DNA of 64,000 nt, taken from an uncultured Thermoplasmata archaeon (GTDB lineage: Archaea; Thermoplasmatota; Thermoplasmata; UBA10834). This document shows, one piece after another, positions 49,801 through 58,612 of the stretch. A program made the position numbers and the translations under genes. The stretch is taken from assembly GCA_963719945.1 (NCBI GenBank), contig CAVRDX010000001.1:640001-704000 (forward strand), in the 5' to 3' direction. The notes under the pieces were generated by a model. The model did not search any database and had not been told where the DNA came from. It saw nothing but the letters and a program-made list of their open reading frames with translations. Position 1 is the first letter of the stretch. Every line of letters starts with the position of its first letter.

Positions 49801-51271
49801 CGACACCGACAAGAATGCATGGTATCGTCTGGGCCAGCTGTATCTCGAACTCGAGAGATACACTGAGGCTGACGATTGTTTCGACCGGTCTCTGGACATC
49901 GATGGCACGAATCCCGCGATATGGATGAGCAAGGGACTAGCGCTCGAGAAGCAGGAGATGCTGGACGACGCAATAGGAGCGTACGACCGTGCGATCGCCC
50001 TGAATTCCAACGACAAGGAAGCGTGGAAGAGGAAAGGTTCTGCGCTACTTGTGCTTGCCAGGCCGGAACAGGCACTCAGGGCGTTCGAGCATTCACTCAG
50101 TATAGATCCATACTTCGAAGAGGCGATCGAAGGTAGGAAGCGTTCGGAGGATGACATCAGACGCACCAAGATCGAGGACTACTGCAGGTCGATCCTAGAA
50201 TTCGAATACACACACGGACGGCCCGTTACCAAGGAGGAGGCGTTCAGGGTATGCGGCGTGCCATACGTCTTCCTGGGAGAGGTCATGGACTACCTGAGCG
50301 GCCGCGAAGCCATCAGCCTCTCTGGAATGAGCAAGGAAGACTTCGAGAAGTTCGAGAGGATATCCAGGGAGATCCTGGTCAACACCATGGAGAAGAGAGA
50401 CCTTGCCAACTACGGACTGCGATTGTGCGACATATCGGTCAACTTCCCCGAACTCAGGATTGCAAGCGCGAAGAGGGTGCTCAGCTATATCCAAGCCGTC
50501 GAGGAGAACGATTTCAGTGCGAAGGTCACAGACCCGCGTATCGACCCGCTCCTCAGACAGGCGATGGACCTCCCCAACGACCAGAAGAATGTCCTCGGAT
50601 TGATCAGGAACCTGGGCATCGGTGTCTATCAAGCTAGGCAGCTAGTCATGATACTCCAGACATTCCAGGGAGCGGGTTTCGAGACCCCGTCCATCAGGAT
50701 AGGCTCCATTGTCAACGAAGGATACGGAGAATATGTCCCCTATGACGAATCTGCAGCGCAGACCAGACCGCAGGGACGACAGGAAGACAGAACATCCTCC
50801 CATGGACGGGAAGAGGAAACGGAAGAGGAGCAGGAGAGACCTCGGCGACAGACCACAAGACGCGCTCCAAGACGGGATGAAGAGAGCGAGGAAAGACCCG
50901 CTCCGAAGAAGCCGAGGAGCAGGAAGGTCGACGAAGAGGAGTCAGAAGAGGACGTGCAATCCGACCTGGTTGGCAGAAGATGCCTCTTCCACGGAGGAGT
51001 TGCGGTCGCGAGATGCAAGAAATGCAAGGCGGTGCTGTGCAGGGAGTGCATCAGGAACTCGGACAGATGTCCTAGATGCAACGCGCTCCTGAGCGGTGAG
51101 GAGGACGTGCCTGAGAAGAAACCCAGGCATAAACCACGCCAGCAGATAGAGGAGTTGGAGGAGGAAATCGACGAAGAGGAGCCGGAAGTCGAAGAGGAAC
51201 CAGAAGAGGAGCCTCCACCAAGGAAGAAAAAGAAAAAGGAGGAGAAGGGTCCGGACTTCTTCAGACTGTGA
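46829..51271 (+). CDS. Giant TPR protein (1480 aa) with C-terminal B-box-like zinc finger and charged disordered tails
   Basis: Roughly 30 TPR units (W-NKG-AL---G, A--LDP); C-x2-H-x7-C-x2-C-x4-C-x2-C-x6-C-x2-C at 50981-51079; E/K-rich low-complexity flanks. Confidence 0.92.
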   Translation: MGLLDSLLSKEKKTLSKAKKGIEKADTLEKSGRKDEAKSVLDQTGAMLRENLVFVEKLHSDFSETFATLGERYLVLDNAQIAHDAATVSLQLDATNPEAMGVAGRAALRMGRKEEAIEWLKKAVTAAPNSADLWSMLGDAQEAIADVEGAIASYRKVVEITPDSIRHYEKILAHLPKETELMKMKAQAQTRMHKFDDAGRTYRAAIDVDRRDKDLWIGNAAVLNYAGKSEQAIDSLEKALELAPNDSFILDNLGRVQHKIGRRDDALKSFSKAIEIDSGNKVIWNELGVVQEELKMLDEAIQSFDNALAIDPNDINVLNNKKKTLLKGDHMAEVLETCDRIIVLNPKDSEALLDKAKALRSLNRYSECLNFTEASLTIAPKARDAMNLKKDCLMRLNRYSEVVSWCNKMLSIDPSDYDTMHDKGIAQMKMGRPQDAVKTYEKALKSAPHKLEILESLRDAYNVLNKYDEVIDTCDRIIGVDPKNKRAYLEKALALDKKDRIDDALVAYMAALKHDRKNMDIFLNAASMLKRAGKHKEAMDYAKQGLSLDPDNTGLLRIRGESAYLSNDFESAIESLQRCVSIDQHDKNAYRFLGQSLVELKSYEQALAAYDHALTLDPRDADILFIKAVALEWLDRTEDALKAAKEAVHWNPYQADFTLKMGTLLTKLGRLEEALEAYGVALASSPKNIEALKAKNSILKSLKRHEEVVNTSDEILAISSKDKDAQIDKGGALLLLKRPGDALVCFDRALDVDKDDLDALELKKTALKELKDDEGIVTTCKRILDLSPKNKHAMADCAGSLENLEKVEEAIGYYEKALALDATDVFLWNKKGLALLGSGNPAQAAEAFDQAVKIDSNQPYVLNNRGKAYLELRRFKESLEDFNKAITIISNTPEFHINKGRALASLGNFDESIDSFNEARRQAPNDASALKYMGMALLKLNRIPDSLGSFDEAIKLGLNDKDVWIGRAKACEAMGKKEEAVRSYATALDLDDTDKNAWYRLGQLYLELERYTEADDCFDRSLDIDGTNPAIWMSKGLALEKQEMLDDAIGAYDRAIALNSNDKEAWKRKGSALLVLARPEQALRAFEHSLSIDPYFEEAIEGRKRSEDDIRRTKIEDYCRSILEFEYTHGRPVTKEEAFRVCGVPYVFLGEVMDYLSGREAISLSGMSKEDFEKFERISREILVNTMEKRDLANYGLRLCDISVNFPELRIASAKRVLSYIQAVEENDFSAKVTDPRIDPLLRQAMDLPNDQKNVLGLIRNLGIGVYQARQLVMILQTFQGAGFETPSIRIGSIVNEGYGEYVPYDESAAQTRPQGRQEDRTSSHGREEETEEEQERPRRQTTRRAPRRDEESEERPAPKKPRSRKVDEEESEEDVQSDLVGRRCLFHGGVAVARCKKCKAVLCRECIRNSDRCPRCNALLSGEEDVPEKKPRHKPRQQIEELEEEIDEEEPEVEEEPEEEPPPRKKKKKEEKGPDFFRL

Positions 51272-51290
51272 ATATCAGCCAGGTGATTCA

Positions 51291-52115
51291 ATGGGCAGGA
51301 TATCCCGCGGATGGAAATTGACCAAGCTTAGCCTCAAAGTCATAAGAAAGGACAAGGAGATCCTGCTTCTCCCGCTAATATCAGCGCTGGTGACCATACT
51401 CCTGTTGGCATCTTTCATCGGAGGAATCTTCATCTCGACCGGGTTCGACTCAGTAATGGGTGGAGGAGGAGCCATACTATTCTTCGTCGGCCTCGCGGCA
51501 TTCTATCTACTGAGCTACTTCATATCGATATTCTTCAACGCAGCCATAATCGGGTGCGCGACGATAAGACTGGAGGGGGGCGACCCTACCGTGAAGGACG
51601 GCATAAGGATCGCGATGAACAACATAGGCAGGATATTCCTCTGGGCCATAGTCGCTGCAACCGTCGGCGTGATCATCAAGTCTATCCAGCAGAGGGTCGG
51701 CTTCATCGGGAAGTTGATCATGGGTGCGCTCGGGGTCACATGGACCCTCATGACATACTTCGTCGTCCCCGTCCTCATATACGAGAAGGTCGGCCCCTGG
51801 ACGGCAATGAAGAGGAGCGCTGGAATGATAAGGAAGAGCTGGGGAGAGACGATTGTCGGAAGCCTCGGGCTTGGAATCATCTTCGCCCTCCTGGCAATCC
51901 CCGGAGTGCTCTTCATAATAGTTGGGGCCATAGTTGGAGGACTCACAGGGGCGATCGTTGGAATAGTCATCGCGATAGTCTACTGGCTGATACTTGCGAT
52001 GATACATACAGCTGCCCAATCCGTCCTGGTTGCAGCACTCTACAAGTATGCGAACACGGGGGAGATCCCGTCAGGGTTCGAGGGGGTTGGTTTCTCCAAC
52101 CCGTTCTCGTCCTGA
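51291..52115 (+). CDS. Multi-pass membrane protein (DUF6159-like)
   Basis: GW-L-K-S--V---DKE, FFNAA, G-P---DG, TYFVVPVL--E--GP--A-KRS-----WGE; several TM segments. Confidence 0.75.
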   Translation: MGRISRGWKLTKLSLKVIRKDKEILLLPLISALVTILLLASFIGGIFISTGFDSVMGGGGAILFFVGLAAFYLLSYFISIFFNAAIIGCATIRLEGGDPTVKDGIRIAMNNIGRIFLWAIVAATVGVIIKSIQQRVGFIGKLIMGALGVTWTLMTYFVVPVLIYEKVGPWTAMKRSAGMIRKSWGETIVGSLGLGIIFALLAIPGVLFIIVGAIVGGLTGAIVGIVIAIVYWLILAMIHTAAQSVLVAALYKYANTGEIPSGFEGVGFSNPFSS

Positions 52116-52119
52116 ACGA

Positions 52120-52596
52120 TCACCCGTGGAGTCTCTTCGTCAGGGCCGCTACCCGCTTGCCATATCGTATGCAGATAGCCTCAGCCCGCTCGTCCGGCTT
52201 GGAGATGGATACAGGCCCATAGTGGTCGCCTGAGGAGTCTCCGCATACGACCATCCCATGAATCAGCAAAGATTCAAGGATCGACAGCACGGTGGTCTCG
52301 TTCCCGCCACCAATGTTCATGCTGGATGAGAAGGCGCCTCCGACCTTCCCCTGAAGCTTGCCGTGGAGCTTGTTGCTCTTATCGATGAGTTCTTTGATCT
52401 GGTAGCTCGGCAGACCATAGTAGGTCGGCGAACCCAGTATGATGCCGTCATATCCAAGCAGACTGTCGATCTTCACATCCTTCACATCGAGCGTATCGAC
52501 ATCGACCCCTTCGTCCATGACACCTTTCTGTATCAGGTACGCCATCTCTTTCGTGTTGCCGCTTCTCGAGTAATAGCATATCAATATGCGAGCCAT
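52120..52596 (-). CDS. Flavodoxin/WrbA-like FMN-dependent oxidoreductase
   Basis: YYSRSGNTKEMA, DGIILGSPTYYG, GKVGGAFSS---GGGNE. Confidence 0.9.
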   Translation of the reverse strand: MARILICYYSRSGNTKEMAYLIQKGVMDEGVDVDTLDVKDVKIDSLLGYDGIILGSPTYYGLPSYQIKELIDKSNKLHGKLQGKVGGAFSSSMNIGGGNETTVLSILESLLIHGMVVCGDSSGDHYGPVSISKPDERAEAICIRYGKRVAALTKRLHG

Positions 52597-52714
52597 CTTT
52601 GCGGTCCCTCGGCAAGAGTATGTCATCCTAGAATAATTCGATTCCCTCTGAGTCGACCGGTGCAAAGGTTGATGACCGTGTAATGACTCACCCGGACGAT
52701 AGGTGGGCCGGAGA

Positions 52715-53200
52715 ATGAGAACATGCAATAGATGCCGACAAGAGACGAACCAGATGTTCTGCCCCACTTGCCGGGTGCTGACATATCCCGCAGGAGCCCC
52801 TGAGGCCGCTCCGACCTCAGCGGCGGGCGACTCGTTCGAGTGCACGATCTGGCAAGGGCCGAACCGCAGCAGAGGAATCGAGGTGCCGGTCAGCGCCAGG
52901 GACAAATACTTCTCGAAACGGAACGGTGAGATAATCATCTTCATCGATGGCAGGAGAGCCGTCGTCAAGCTCGGCTCTGGTTTCTGGAAGAAACCAGCAG
53001 TGATGAAGAAGGCATTCGGAGACAACGGAAAGGAAGAGCTCATCAAATTCTTCGAGAAGCACCATCTCCTGCCGCCACAACAATCATTGAAGGAGAAGGG
53101 CATCGTGGACACTCTCGTGTTCGAGGTCATTACGCCCAAGGAAGAATTCAAGGTGACCGTGATAGAAAAGCAGGAATCCGACGAGTACAGCTCGGATTAG
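52715..53200 (+). CDS. Hypothetical protein with N-terminal zinc ribbon
   Basis: C-x2-C-x8-C-x2-C at the N-terminus, Pro/Ala linker, then a compact ~120-aa domain. Confidence 0.7.
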   Translation: MRTCNRCRQETNQMFCPTCRVLTYPAGAPEAAPTSAAGDSFECTIWQGPNRSRGIEVPVSARDKYFSKRNGEIIIFIDGRRAVVKLGSGFWKKPAVMKKAFGDNGKEELIKFFEKHHLLPPQQSLKEKGIVDTLVFEVITPKEEFKVTVIEKQESDEYSSD

Positions 53201-54396
53201 ATCAGGTCCAATTCTCGGCCAACCTTCTCGAAGGCGGCTATCGCCTGGTCGAGGTCGTGAACATTCAGCCCTGAATTCATGATGGTCCTTATCCGGGCAC
53301 CATCCTTGGAGACCATCGGGAACACTATAGGTAGGGCGAATACTCCCAGTTCGTACAATCTCGTGCTGAATCGTTTCGCCGTCCCGCTGTCACCGATCAT
53401 GATCGGTACTATCGGCGTCGTGCTCTTACCAGTATCGAACCCCAATGCCTGCATCTGCTCTCTGAAACGTTCGGTGTTCCTCCAGAGGTTCCTGACATGT
53501 TTCGGTTCTGTCTCCAGCACATCGATGGCCGCAGTGCATGCCGCCACCACTGCTGGTGGGTGAGACCCACTGAGCAGCCAGGTCCGAGACTTGTTGTATG
53601 CGAAGTTCACCAGGTCACGGCTACCTGATACGTGACCACCGACCACTCCGAACGCCTTTGAGAAAGTGCCCATCTCCACATGAACATCATCCCTGGACAG
53701 ATTGAAATGAGAGACAATGCCTCTTCCACCATCTCCCAGCACACCCTCACCATGCGCGTCATCGACATAGACCATCGCACCATGGTCGTGCGCGAGAGCG
53801 GCGATCTTATCCAGGGGTGCCATGTCCCCGTCCATACTGAAAACGCCATCTGTGATTATGAGGATCCGGCGGTACGATGGCTGGTGATCATCTGCTTTCT
53901 CAAGCACCTTCCTGAGATCATCCATGTCACAATGCCTATAGACCGCCCGGTCCGCCTTGGACAGACGAACGCCGTCGATTATACTACCATGGTTTAGCTC
54001 GTCGCTGATCATCAGATCGCCCTCGTCGACGAGCTGTGGGATCAGGCCAGCATTCGCTGCGAATCCCGTCTGATAAACCAGCGATGCTTCGGCTTTCTTG
54101 AAGGCAGCAAGCCTCCGCTCGAGTTCGATGTGAAGGTCCATATTGCCAGCTATCGGCCGAACTGATCCGGAACCAGCGCCATGGGACCTTATCGCCTCGA
54201 TTGCAGCCTCCTTCACCTTTGGGTGGTTGCTTAGATTGAGATAATTATTGGAGCATAGCATCGTCACGTTCTTCCCATCGACGACGCACTTCGGCGTGCT
54301 CGGACCTTGGAGGACCCGCAATCTCCAATCGATTTCGTGCGTGACAAGCTTGTCGTACTCTGCCCCTAGGAAAGATACTGGATTCCGGTTCGCCAT
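53197..54396 (-). CDS. kbl: Glycine C-acetyltransferase (2-amino-3-ketobutyrate CoA ligase)
   Basis: CSNNYLNL, SDELNHGSIIDG, TDGVFSMDGD, VDDAHG, GTFSKA; directly downstream of tdh. Confidence 0.92.
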   Translation of the reverse strand: MANRNPVSFLGAEYDKLVTHEIDWRLRVLQGPSTPKCVVDGKNVTMLCSNNYLNLSNHPKVKEAAIEAIRSHGAGSGSVRPIAGNMDLHIELERRLAAFKKAEASLVYQTGFAANAGLIPQLVDEGDLMISDELNHGSIIDGVRLSKADRAVYRHCDMDDLRKVLEKADDHQPSYRRILIITDGVFSMDGDMAPLDKIAALAHDHGAMVYVDDAHGEGVLGDGGRGIVSHFNLSRDDVHVEMGTFSKAFGVVGGHVSGSRDLVNFAYNKSRTWLLSGSHPPAVVAACTAAIDVLETEPKHVRNLWRNTERFREQMQALGFDTGKSTTPIVPIMIGDSGTAKRFSTRLYELGVFALPIVFPMVSKDGARIRTIMNSGLNVHDLDQAIAAFEKVGRELDLI

Positions 54397-54400
54397 CTCC

Positions 54401-55469
54401 TCACCATTCGGGTTCGAGGGATACCTTGGCAGCCTGCTTGGTGCGTATGAGCTCCATGCCCTCCTCGATATCCCTGATGGGTAAGGTATGCGTTATGATA
54501 GATGTAAGCTTAGCCTTGAAATCGTCGTTCTTGAGGATCTCACGCATCTGGTCCCATGTCCTGAACATCCTTCTTCCGGTTATCCCGTAGACAGTGGCGG
54601 ATTTGAAAGTGATAGCGTTGTTGATGTCCAGTGTGACTGGGTCGTTGTACAGACCGAGGATCGATACTCTTCCCCCAGGCGTCAGCATCTGGAACACCTG
54701 CTTCAACGCAGGAGCAGCACCAGACATCTCGAGAGCCACATCCGCACCGTTTCCATCGGTGTGCTCCATGACGGACCTGACCAGCCTATCGGTACCCATG
54801 GAAGCATCGAGCACGACATCCGCTCCAAGGCTCCTAGCCAAGGAAAGCCGAACCTCTTCGCTGCCAAGTTCAGTTGCGATTACCTTGCCTGCACCAAGGA
54901 CCTTGAGCACGGCTATTGCCATCAATCCGATCGGGCCGCATCCAGCGACGACCACATTCTTTCCCTTGATGTCTTCCTCGCATTCGCTTCCGAAAACCGT
55001 GAAGGTGGCGTTGCCGAGAGGCTCTAGCACAGAACCGAGACTGATATCGATCCCGTCGGGGATCTTCATCGCGTTCATCTCTGGAAGGCGGACATATTCA
55101 GCGAAGACTCCATCAGTGTCGACGCCCAGTATCTTCATGTTCTTGCATATGTGCATGCGACCGTTCCTGCACTGGTAGCATGTACCATCGACGATGTGGG
55201 TCTCGGCCGATACGATATCTCCCACCGATATCTTCGTCACCCCTTCGCCGATCTCGACTACCTCGCCGCAGAATTCGTGACCGAAGATGATCGGAAGAGT
55301 CTTGACCCGGTTCTGAGCCCAGTGATTCCAATCCCATATGTGCACATCAGTGCCACAAATGGATGTCCGCTTCATCTCGACCAGGACGTCTCCTCTGCCA
55401 ACTGATGGTTTGTCGACAGTTCTCGAAACCCGCGCCGGGCTCCCTCATTCTCTTTACCACCGCGTGCAT
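54401..55469 (-). CDS. tdh: L-threonine 3-dehydrogenase; 5' end separated by a +1 frameshift near 55419
   Basis: SICGTDVHI, GHEFCG, SAETHI, EPLGNA, GCGPIG, LEMSG, GITGR-MF-TW. The N-terminus MHAVVKRMREPGAGFE is in another frame and joins VDKPSVGRGDVLVEMK if one base is removed. Confidence 0.9.
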
Positions 55470-55592
55470 TAGACGGTCACTGCTCCTTTTTGGACATAGG
55501 CACAAGGATTGTACTTCTTAAGCGATTTGAATATACAATCAATCGCTCTTGCTGATATCTATATTATTACGTAATTTGCGCGCGCGAAGGGC

Positions 55593-56957
55593 TCACTCAA
55601 GAATCGACAGTGGCTTCCGGGCCTCTGGGATGATCACCTTTGCTTTGGACCTCTTGAACAGGCTCGGGTGCTCGGTATGAATCGGTATGACGACCTTGGG
55701 AGATATCTCGTCTATCGCCGCGAACACCTCGTTCATGTCCGCGTGACCGGACGCGTGCGCCTGGCGGAAGTCCAACTTGTACCAGCTTATCCAGTTCTGC
55801 AGTACCTCCTCCTGCACATCGTCCTCCTCAAACGGCTCGCTCTTAGACCGTATGAATAGGCTACCGCCCTTTGGCTTGATGTCGATGAGTTCCGTGAGCT
55901 GGAAGAAGTCTGTGTGGAACAAGAGCTTCGACTGGTTGTCCCTCACATAATCCGAATCGATCACATGGTCGGATGAGCCGAGCATGTCGACATACTTCTT
56001 CTCGTATCGCACCTTGTCCGGCCGCGCCATCCTACGCACGTACACGAGCATATTCGGATCATTGAGGGGGTCTGGGGCATCTATTCCCGGATCCGATTGG
56101 AACATTTCGAGGAGATTGGCGACCTTGGCGGATACCACGAACTTGCGGCCCGTCTCAGTTGCTATGTCTCTGAAGGTGCGCATGCGGTCTACATCCTTGG
56201 GATAGAAGGACACGATCGCCAGGTCCTTAGCCTTCTTAGTCATACCCAAAGCCTTCTCCTTCACTCCCTCCTCAGAGAGGTTCTCCCTCTGATCCTCTTG
56301 CATCACCCTTGTGCCTTCACATATCATCGCGACGGGTTTCTCCTTGGCTGCGGCTTTCATGAAATCGACGGTCATGTCGCTCCTTGGCCCATGCATCCTG
56401 AAATCCCCGGTGTAGACCACACATCCTTCAGATGTGTGTATCAAGAAACCATAGGCTCCAGGCGTGGAATGGTCGACATGTATCGGTTGGACCTCGATCG
56501 ACCCAACCTTGATCTTGTCACCTGTCCTGAATGTGTGATATTCCCTGTCCCCGAAATTCATCTTCCCCAGGCTCGTCTCGTTCCAGGATTGCCGGATTAT
56601 GTCTGCTGCGAACCCCAGATACGCAGGGATACCTGCATCGACGAACCGCAGGTGCATGACATGGTCATAATGCATGTGCGAGACGAATATGGCATCGAAC
56701 CCCGGATCTGTATGCTTCAGATCGGTCCCTTCCAGCCACCTGTAATCGTAAAGACCAGATATCTTCGGTAACATGTCGAAGTGGAAGTAGTCTCGAAGAC
56801 CGAAACGCTCCCGTGGCATCAGGAAGTCCACGAAGTAATCGTCCTTCATTCCGAATGGTTCCCCAAAATCAAAGAAGACTCTGGTGTCACCGTCCTCGAG
56901 CAGGATCTTGTTTCCTCCGATCTGCCCTACGCCACCGAATAGTGTGATAGATACCAT
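55593..56957 (-). CDS. Metallo-beta-lactamase/beta-CASP ribonuclease (RNase J-like)
   Basis: GGV-QIGGNKILL, SHMHYDH, VDHS-PGA, YTGDFRMHG, CEGT, HASGHA, PIHTEH. Confidence 0.88.
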   Translation of the reverse strand: MVSITLFGGVGQIGGNKILLEDGDTRVFFDFGEPFGMKDDYFVDFLMPRERFGLRDYFHFDMLPKISGLYDYRWLEGTDLKHTDPGFDAIFVSHMHYDHVMHLRFVDAGIPAYLGFAADIIRQSWNETSLGKMNFGDREYHTFRTGDKIKVGSIEVQPIHVDHSTPGAYGFLIHTSEGCVVYTGDFRMHGPRSDMTVDFMKAAAKEKPVAMICEGTRVMQEDQRENLSEEGVKEKALGMTKKAKDLAIVSFYPKDVDRMRTFRDIATETGRKFVVSAKVANLLEMFQSDPGIDAPDPLNDPNMLVYVRRMARPDKVRYEKKYVDMLGSSDHVIDSDYVRDNQSKLLFHTDFFQLTELIDIKPKGGSLFIRSKSEPFEEDDVQEEVLQNWISWYKLDFRQAHASGHADMNEVFAAIDEISPKVVIPIHTEHPSLFKRSKAKVIIPEARKPLSILE

Positions 56958-57101
56958 GATCAACCCACCGTTTCCAGTCCAGAACAACAACTCAAGCGAC
57001 CGGAATGACAATCAACCTTTCGGTCGGATCGTGGCGGTGTTGACGAAGATCGATATGTGGGAGCGACCGAAATGGCCATATGACGCCAGAAGACAATCGC
57101 T

Positions 57102-57881
57102 TTATTCAATGTCTTCTCCGCCCTCGAGCATCTGCTGGGCCATGGAGTAGATATCCTCCAGTCCTTCGCTGGTGTCTGCACTGACAGGTATGACGCCTCG
57201 TCCTACGCCGATGGATTCGAGTGCCTGAAGGAATTCGATGCTCACTGCGGTCTGTGTATCAGCAGATTCGTCCATCAAGGAGGTGAATAATGAATAGTAG
57301 TCGCGGCTCCACGATTCGAGTCTCTCCCTGTCAGCGTCTCCCAGCAGGTCGCTCTTTGACATGAGGGTCATCATGGGCACTGGTAGCCGGAAATGGACCG
57401 TTGCGGAGAGCATGAGTGACGATACATACCCATTCGGTGTCTTCGCAAGCGCCGGATCGAACAGGAATGCGAGAGCAGAATTATCGGTCCCGAGTGCTTC
57501 AACGAGCAACTTGCTGCTCGCCCTGAAAGCGAACAGTTCGAGCTGACCAGGCGTGTCGATCAGCACATAATCGGTGTCGTAACCGTCGATGACATCTATG
57601 ACCTCATTGATGTTGAGAGCCAGCATGTCAGCGGCGGCAATCTGAGCGCCGTTCGGGCCGAGGCCGTGCGACTCCATTATCTCAGAAAGTTCGATCCAAT
57701 CCCTGACATCGACGTCCGGGGAGTACCTCAGCTCCTCTACCCCAGGGTCCAGGTTGACCGTGATCGAATCGTATCCCTGGTTCTGCATCCATAGTTGAAA
57801 AGCGTATGTCAGCGTGCTCTTACCGCTGCCAGCCGTACCGATGAAGAATAGATTCTTTGGTGCCAAATCAAGCGCCTCCAT
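57102..57881 (-). CDS. GPN-loop GTPase
   Basis: GTAGSGKST, VNLDPG, GLGPNGA, DTPGQLELF, SKSD. Confidence 0.94.
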   Translation of the reverse strand: MEALDLAPKNLFFIGTAGSGKSTLTYAFQLWMQNQGYDSITVNLDPGVEELRYSPDVDVRDWIELSEIMESHGLGPNGAQIAAADMLALNINEVIDVIDGYDTDYVLIDTPGQLELFAFRASSKLLVEALGTDNSALAFLFDPALAKTPNGYVSSLMLSATVHFRLPVPMMTLMSKSDLLGDADRERLESWSRDYYSLFTSLMDESADTQTAVSIEFLQALESIGVGRGVIPVSADTSEGLEDIYSMAQQMLEGGEDIE

Positions 57882-57998
57882 CCATGAACTATTCGAGTAG
57901 CTGAGAGTGCAGAGGTCTAGAGCCTATAAACGCTTGCCCTATAACTCCGGCATGGCCACATTGTTTGAGATCGACGAGTATGCGATTGATATTAAGAG

Positions 57999-58099
57999 CG
58001 GGCCTGAAGGGATTCGAACCCTTGGCCAATCGGTATCTCCCTCGATTCTGAAGAATCGAAGTAAGAGCCGATTGCTCTACCTAGCTGAGCTACAGGCCC
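57999..58099 (-). tRNA. tRNA-Lys(CTT) with a 27-nt intron (58035-58061) at position 37/38
   Basis: Acceptor GGGCCTG/CAGGCCC-G; ATCGG-CT-CTT-A^intron^A-CCGAT; canonical BHB (CTCT/GGAG central helix, TTCGATTCT/AGAATCGAG outer helix); T-arm AAGGG-TTCGAAT-CCCTT. Confidence 0.95.
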
Positions 58100-58263
58100 A
58101 CGGATTCGCAGTATAAACTTGCTCTTAATAAAACTATCGTGGTGCCAACATATCAGTCCTTGACTGGCCATTTCGGACTATTTGTCCATGTTCTTGTGCA
58201 CATCCGAAGGCATTATTATCCTCTGCCGAACATGAAATATACAGACCTAGAGCGATGTACATC

Positions 58264-58576
58264 TCATCCGACAGAGTATTCATGGACCAGCCTATCCAGT
58301 TCTGAGTTGAGTCCCGATCCCAATGACTCAGGCGAATGGTCGTCCAGAATCCATTGACACTTCTTCTCCGCGAAATCCATCACATCGCTGATGGCCTGGC
58401 TCTAATCAAGGAGGTAGTCCTTCCATAGCAAGAACAGATGCAGCTCCCCAGATGGTTCAGCGCATGCCTTTGAGCAAGGAATGATCACCGATCATCACCG
58501 TTTTGCCAAGTCTATTACCAAGGATTCATCAGTGACATAGATGCCCTGGTATGTACGGACCGTCGGAAGCAGTTCC
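58264..58576 (-). pseudogene. Decayed C-terminal fragment of an MttB (trimethylamine methyltransferase) superfamily gene
   Basis: Manual translation across stops and frameshifts: VRTYQGIYVTDESLVIDLAK / SFLAQRHALNHL / ELHLFLLW / DVMDFAEKKCQWILDDHSPESLGSGLNSELDRLVHEY*. These segments are collinear with the MttB C-terminal pattern. Confidence 0.6.
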
Positions 58577-58612
58577 AGGGATAAGATTTATCGAGGCATC
58601 TCCCATTTGCCG

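Noticed and set aside
50740-51270. Purine-rich GAAGAG/GAGGAA low-complexity stretch
   Set aside because: Explained by the Glu/Lys/Arg-rich tail of the TPR protein; not a DNA repeat element.
52597-53151. N-terminal extensions in the ORF track (flavodoxin 343 aa, hutH 580 aa, KaiC-like 360 aa, YhaM 380 aa, nrdJ from 11869)
   Set aside because: They overlap neighbouring genes or promoters. Family homology begins at the downstream ATGs used above.
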